A stretch of 64,000 nt of DNA from Promethearchaeota archaeon (GTDB lineage Archaea; Asgardarchaeota; Lokiarchaeia; Sigyniarchaeales; SOKP01), in NCBI GenBank assembly GCA_019057795.1, contig JAHLWS010000073.1, forward strand, positions 102,455 through 166,454, read 5' to 3'. This document shows, one piece after another, positions 58,993 to 64,000 of this stretch. Within the stretch, counting starts at the first letter, position 1, and every line of letters begins with the position of its first letter. Below the pieces are notes generated by a model. It saw only the letters and a list, made by a program, of their open reading frames with translations. It was not told the origin of the DNA and did no database searches. A program made the position numbers and the translations under genes.

Positions 58993-61131
58993 ATGAGTGG
59001 ACACATCCCAAATAATAAACTAAAAAACAAGGGAATGTTTAAAGAAACAATAAATATCGCCTTAGCAGGAAATCCAAACGTAGGAAAATCAGTTATTTTT
59101 AACCAACTTACTGGGTTAAGCCAAACCATAGGAAATTGGCCCGGTAAAACAGTTGAAAGAATGGAAGGCTATCTTGATTTTTTAGGATATCGTTTTAACA
59201 TCGTTGATTTACCAGGTATTTATTCTCTTTCTACCTACTCATTAGAGGAAATAGTAAGTAGAGAATATATTGTTTCTGATGATGTTGATGTTATTATTAA
59301 TGTTGTTGATGCCACGAATTTAGAACGAAATTTATTTTTTACGTTTCAGTTATTAGAATTAAAAGTTCCATTAATTATTGCAATTAACCAAATGGATATT
59401 TTAAGAAGAAGGAATATGGAAATTGATTTTAAAGCGTTGGAGACCGTTTTTAAATTGCCAGTACTCCCTGTAGTTGCTGTACATGGTACAGGTGTCCATC
59501 AACTCTTAGAAGAAGCGATTGAAATGGTCGTTTTTCAGCATCCCCATACTCATTACAACGGAAAAACCCGAGATGAGCACGACCATCACTCTCATAACTA
59601 TTATCGAACAGAACATATTCACGATAAAGTAAAAGTAAATAGTAAAGTGAAAAAAATTTTTGAATTTCCTGAGTTATCTAAAGTGCTCTCCTTTGGGAAA
59701 GAAGTTGAGTCTTGTCTTGGCAAATTAATTATGGAGATTAATAATAATCAACTATCTCCTGCCCTAATTAAATACCCACCAAGGTTTTTAGCAATAAAGT
59801 TATTGGAAAATGATGAAGAAATTAAAAGGAGTTTTAAAAATAATGATATTATAAAAATTGCCGATGAGTTTCGAAATCAATTAGAAGATATTCACGGAGA
59901 AGATGTTCATACGATCATATCGTCAGAAATTTACAATAGGATTCATGACATAACCGATAAAGTTTTAATAATAAAACCACATAAAGGAAAAAGGAAAGTC
60001 AGACTCGCTGATGTATTAGATCATCTTACTACACATTCAATCTTAGGTTATCTTATTTTAGTTGCTGTATTATTTGGTATTTATTTCTTTACTTTTTCTT
60101 TTGGAGATTTTTTTGGTGGATTAATAGATGAGCTATATACGATATGGAGTGAATTTATTTACAATTCTTTTGGGAAAGAAAATTTAATAGTTAAGATATT
60201 TTGGGATGGCGGGTTAGGAGGATTTCTAGGCGGTATAGGCGGCGTTTTAGTATATGTCATACCTTTCTTTTTAGTAATTGAAATTTTACAAGATTCTGGT
60301 TACTTGCCTCGAGCAGCATTTTTAATGGATAAAGCTATGCATACAATCGGGGTTCATGGAAAAACAATTATTCCAATGATTTTAGGTTTTGGTTGTAATG
60401 TCCCTGCATGTGCTGGATGTAGAATAATGGAAACAGAACGAGAAAAAAAATTATCTGTAGTATTATCTTCTCTTGTACCATGCGCAGCAGTAATGACTGT
60501 TGTGTTAGGATTGGTAGGGAGATATGTGGGGTTTTTCTGGGTAATTATTTTGTTTTTAATTAATTTTGGTGTTATTTTTTTAATAGGTCGAATTCTAAAT
60601 AAAGTAATGCCTGGTCAATGCACAGAACTCATAATGGAAATGCACGAATATAGGATGCCAAATTCTAAAGTTATTCTTAAACAAACGTGGATTAGAACAA
60701 AAGAGTTTGTATATAAGGCTTTGCCAGTTATAATTGTTCTTGGAATTCTTTTAGAAATTTTATTAATCTTTAATGCTTTAGAGCCAATAAATGTCATTTT
60801 GTCTCCTATAACCGTGTTCTGGCTAGGTCTTCCTCCAATAACTGGAGTATTTCTAATATACGGAATTTTAAGGAAGGAGTTAACTTTAGTACTGTTAGCT
60901 GTTTTAGCTAATTCAATTGGTGTTCCTTTAATAGAATTATTAACGCCCTTCCAAATGATTAATTTTAGTTTAGTTACAATGCTCTATATCCCATGTTTTG
61001 CGACCGTTATTATTATTGCTAAACAAACTAACTGGAAATACGCGATCCAAATTTCATTATTAGAGATAGGTGTGGCCTTATTGATTGGGGGTGCTTTAAA
61101 TTTTGGATTTATAATATTTTCAAGTTTCTAA
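58993..61131 (+). CDS. feoB: Ferrous iron transporter B
   Basis: GNPNVGKS, NWPGKT, DLPG, DSGYLPR and GFGCNVP motifs. Confidence 0.96.
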   Translation: MSGHIPNNKLKNKGMFKETINIALAGNPNVGKSVIFNQLTGLSQTIGNWPGKTVERMEGYLDFLGYRFNIVDLPGIYSLSTYSLEEIVSREYIVSDDVDVIINVVDATNLERNLFFTFQLLELKVPLIIAINQMDILRRRNMEIDFKALETVFKLPVLPVVAVHGTGVHQLLEEAIEMVVFQHPHTHYNGKTRDEHDHHSHNYYRTEHIHDKVKVNSKVKKIFEFPELSKVLSFGKEVESCLGKLIMEINNNQLSPALIKYPPRFLAIKLLENDEEIKRSFKNNDIIKIADEFRNQLEDIHGEDVHTIISSEIYNRIHDITDKVLIIKPHKGKRKVRLADVLDHLTTHSILGYLILVAVLFGIYFFTFSFGDFFGGLIDELYTIWSEFIYNSFGKENLIVKIFWDGGLGGFLGGIGGVLVYVIPFFLVIEILQDSGYLPRAAFLMDKAMHTIGVHGKTIIPMILGFGCNVPACAGCRIMETEREKKLSVVLSSLVPCAAVMTVVLGLVGRYVGFFWVIILFLINFGVIFLIGRILNKVMPGQCTELIMEMHEYRMPNSKVILKQTWIRTKEFVYKALPVIIVLGILLEILLIFNALEPINVILSPITVFWLGLPPITGVFLIYGILRKELTLVLLAVLANSIGVPLIELLTPFQMINFSLVTMLYIPCFATVIIIAKQTNWKYAIQISLLEIGVALLIGGALNFGFIIFSSF

Positions 61132-61236
61132 ATCTTATTTCTACCATAATTATCCCAATTTTTATTTATATTATATTTATATTATTTTGAAAATTCATAT
61201 TCTTAGTTTTGAATTTATTTTAAAGCTTAACTAAAA

Positions 61237-62250
61237 ATGGTAAAAATAAGAATTACGACCCCATGTCGAATCCACCTTTCCTTAATAGACGAAAATGGAT
61301 ACACTGGTAGAGTTGATGGTGGAATTGGTCTCATGTTAGACCGTCCTAATGTAGTTTTTGAAGCGACAAATCACGCAGAAGAATTTAAAATTGAAGCTCA
61401 CAAGTATTATCGAGAATCAATAGAAGTAATCAACGAACAAGCATCAAAAATTTTCAAGGCATATAGTATAAATAATAAAAACTTTCATTTTAATCTTAAA
61501 AGGTATTATCCAAGTCATGTAGGGTTGGGTTCTAAAACTCAATTATCTTTAGCAATCGCAATTGCTATTACTAAGCTGAAAAATAAGAGTGTCTCCATAC
61601 AAGAATTAACAAAATTGGTTCAAAGAGGCGGAACATCAGGAATAGGGTGGAGAGGTTTTGAAAAAGGTGGCTTTATAGTTGATGCAGGACACAATTTTGG
61701 TAAAGGAAAAGAGAAAGAATCGTTCTTACCTTCTTCAGCTTCATTAACAGCGGATCCAGCTCTTACGATTATGAGATATGCCATACCTGAACACTGGAGG
61801 TTTGTGTTAGTTATACCTAATGTTAAAAAAGGAGCTTATGGAGACGAAGAAATAAGCATTTTTCAAAGCCATGCTCCAATCCCAAAGGAAGAAGTTAATG
61901 AAGTTTCGCACCAAATTTTGATGAAAGTTATTCCCGGAATTATTAACGAAGATTTAGAATGTTTTGGTGAAGGTTTAAAAAGAATACAACGTATCGGGTT
62001 CAAGAAAATAGAGATATCTTTACAACATGATATTGTCAAAAATGTTCTATATCTTTTTGAAGAATATGGAGTTAAAGCGTTTGGAATGTCTTCTTTCGGA
62101 CCAAGTTTAGTCGGAATTGTTGAATCTGATGAAGAAGCGAATAAACTTTTAAAAAGTGTTCAAATACGCCTGAAAAACATTATTGGTCATATTTACATAT
62201 GCAAACCTAATAATTGTGGAGCAAAAATTGAATTTTTAGATGATAATTAA
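61237..62250 (+). CDS. mptG: Beta-ribofuranosylaminobenzene 5'-phosphate synthase (GHMP family)
   Basis: RIHLSLID, HVGLGS.TQ, RGGTSGIG and SSFGP motifs. Confidence 0.9.
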   Translation: MVKIRITTPCRIHLSLIDENGYTGRVDGGIGLMLDRPNVVFEATNHAEEFKIEAHKYYRESIEVINEQASKIFKAYSINNKNFHFNLKRYYPSHVGLGSKTQLSLAIAIAITKLKNKSVSIQELTKLVQRGGTSGIGWRGFEKGGFIVDAGHNFGKGKEKESFLPSSASLTADPALTIMRYAIPEHWRFVLVIPNVKKGAYGDEEISIFQSHAPIPKEEVNEVSHQILMKVIPGIINEDLECFGEGLKRIQRIGFKKIEISLQHDIVKNVLYLFEEYGVKAFGMSSFGPSLVGIVESDEEANKLLKSVQIRLKNIIGHIYICKPNNCGAKIEFLDDN

Positions 62251-62645
62251 TGCCAAATGATAATGAAAAAGTCTATTTTTCTTCTAATGTAAGTTTAAGA
62301 GAAAGAGCTAGTTTCGAAATAGGTATAAAATTAGGAACTCTTTATCATATTTTATGTGGGATACCTATATCTACAAATACTAAGGTTGTTGATTCTATCG
62401 AAAATGGCATAGAAGCAGCAATCTCGTGTCAACCATATGTAAAATCTGTTAAAATTAATATTGACCGCGAAAAAATCAAAGGGGATAAATCAACTGAATT
62501 TGAGTACGATGAGATTACTGGAAAAGTCATAAACGCGACAGTCGTGCTTGAGTATAAATCAGTTGAAATCACAGCAAAAGTAGAGTGGGTTGAGGATCTC
62601 AGATATCCATTGATGTTTATTGAAAAAATAACAACTAAAAACTAG
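62250..62645 (+). CDS. mptD: Archaeal dihydroneopterin aldolase
   Basis: RERASFEIGIKLGTLYH, QPYV and YPLM motifs. Confidence 0.85.
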   Translation: MPNDNEKVYFSSNVSLRERASFEIGIKLGTLYHILCGIPISTNTKVVDSIENGIEAAISCQPYVKSVKINIDREKIKGDKSTEFEYDEITGKVINATVVLEYKSVEITAKVEWVEDLRYPLMFIEKITTKN

Positions 62646-63391
62646 TCCTTTAAATTTTTAATATAGTCCTTAACATGTTCTACTACTTTTAAAGCACTTA
62701 AATTTTTTCCAAATCTTCGTATTTCGGCAAAGTAATCTTCAATTTTTTGCTCTATTTTTTGGACTAAAGCTTTGTCTTCTTTTTCTTCAGCAACTTTTAA
62801 TTTAGTTGCTAATATAATAGCTTCCAGGGCTAAATTTTCTGCTCTATTAAAAATTTTAAATGATTCTTTAAATTTATCGCACGAAATGATAGATAGGGTA
62901 AATTCAATAACTCTTAATTCTCCCAAATCATCATTTTTAACGATCTGCTCTTCACCCCTAGCTACACAAGCGATCATTGCCCATGCTTGTTTTATATAAG
63001 GTAATGAAACGATTTCTGAATTTGAGTGATTTTTAAAAACCTCTTTGATTTTTTCTTTATTCTTTATTTTATAATAATCGTAAAATTCTTCTGGAAAGAT
63101 TTTAACATTCTTAGAACGTTTTAAATCTTTTAATGAAGCTAAGGCATAAAGATATATGTCATCAACAAAATTTAGCGTAATAAGCTTATTACTTCTCAAA
63201 TTATTGTATGTAGATGTGTTTGGATAAGGACGCAATGTTATCGAGCTATTATCTATTAATCTTATACCCATACAAGCAGTATTTGGTATGATATTGTTGT
63301 TATTTATTGAGAAGGTTGTAGCTAAAACTTCATACAAGTAATCTTCTTTTAAGCCTATAGATTTGGGATTTGTTTGAAATGTGGATGACAT
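62642..63391 (-). CDS. DUF447 family protein
   Basis: PNTACMG, TYNNL and FNRAENLALE motifs. Confidence 0.75.
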   Translation of the reverse strand: MSSTFQTNPKSIGLKEDYLYEVLATTFSINNNNIIPNTACMGIRLIDNSSITLRPYPNTSTYNNLRSNKLITLNFVDDIYLYALASLKDLKRSKNVKIFPEEFYDYYKIKNKEKIKEVFKNHSNSEIVSLPYIKQAWAMIACVARGEEQIVKNDDLGELRVIEFTLSIISCDKFKESFKIFNRAENLALEAIILATKLKVAEEKEDKALVQKIEQKIEDYFAEIRRFGKNLSALKVVEHVKDYIKNLKD

Positions 63392-63574
63392 TACCTTAGA
63401 TATTTAATTTATTAATTTGTATAAATTAGAATACTTCCAAGATTTTTAATTCTTTATGTTTTAATGCTTTAATTATAACTTTTTAATTTTGAAGAAGAAC
63501 CATTAAAAATTAATAAAAATAAAAAGAATTATTGAACTTTCATAATTAGTAAATTAAAAGATTTATTGATTTTT

Positions 63575-64000
63575 GTGTATAAGGTAATCGGAATTGACCC
63601 TGGCTCTCTTTCTTGGGATTTCTTTGGTTTGGAAAACGATGAAATTATCCTAGATGCTTCTATTCCTACAAAGGAATTAATGAAAGAGCCACATAAAGCT
63701 ATTTCAATCATAAAATCAATTGGAAATGTTGATTTAATAGTAGCACCTAGCGGTTTTGGATTACCGTTGAAAAATATTAAAGATATAACTGAAAAAGATA
63801 TTTTTTTTACATTATTAAAATTTGATAAAAAAGAGAAGGATAAATTAATCGGTCTAGGAGAAGTCCTTCGTTTGATAAAAGCGGAAAATATACCCGGAGT
63901 TATTGTTCCAGGTGTTAAACATTTACAAACTGTACCCAGATATCGTAAAATCAATAAAATTGACCTTGGGACCGCAGATAAGTTGTGTACTGCTGTTACG
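63575..64000 (+). CDS. DUF1464 family (ASKHA/butyrate-kinase-like) protein, 5' part, runs off the window
   Basis: Manual translation from GTG: MYKVIGIDPGSLSWD...APSGFGLP...PGVKHLQTVPRYRKINKIDLGTADK. Confidence 0.85.
   Translation, partial: MYKVIGIDPGSLSWDFFGLENDEIILDASIPTKELMKEPHKAISIIKSIGNVDLIVAPSGFGLPLKNIKDITEKDIFFTLLKFDKKEKDKLIGLGEVLRLIKAENIPGVIVPGVKHLQTVPRYRKINKIDLGTADKLCTAVT

Noticed and set aside
1519-63954. Numerous antisense or overlapping ORFs in the track (e.g. 1519-1914, 5502-6026, 6054-6377, 15788-16414, 54249-54650, 63529-63954)
   Set aside because: They are shadow frames opposite well-supported genes and have no recognisable motifs
1-64000. CRISPR arrays, rRNA genes, transposases, integrases or prophage genes
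   Set aside because: No regularly spaced repeats, long GC-rich RNA genes or mobility motifs were seen by eye

Overview
AT-rich archaeal chromosome segment, most consistent with an Asgard archaeon of the Lokiarchaeia type. This is an inference from the archaeal-type ribosomal proteins, the ether-lipid enzymes, a longin-like protein, an SCP2 protein, a Loki/PGF-CTERM-like tail and many zinc-ribbon proteins. The window is mostly housekeeping and metabolic genes: ribosomal proteins, secY, an intron-containing tRNA-Ser, shikimate pathway genes, ether-lipid synthesis, pterin/H4MPT-type genes, feoAB, glycoside uptake, two orphan DNA methyltransferases, a radical SAM/DUF4130 pair and a PadR-HAAS module. 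The standout signal is the uL11 (rpl11) gene at 5972-6527 (-), which the ORF track only partly finds. Its conserved N-terminal GPPIGPAVGPTGIN motif is interrupted by two tiny inserts (30 nt at 6427-6456 and 28 nt at 6370-6397) around a 29-nt micro-exon. Each insert folds with its flanks into a tRNA-type bulge-helix-bulge. Cutting at the canonical BHB positions restores an intact 165-aa uL11, so these are candidate endonuclease-spliced mRNA introns in a core ribosomal protein gene. No CRISPR array, rRNA or transposase was seen.
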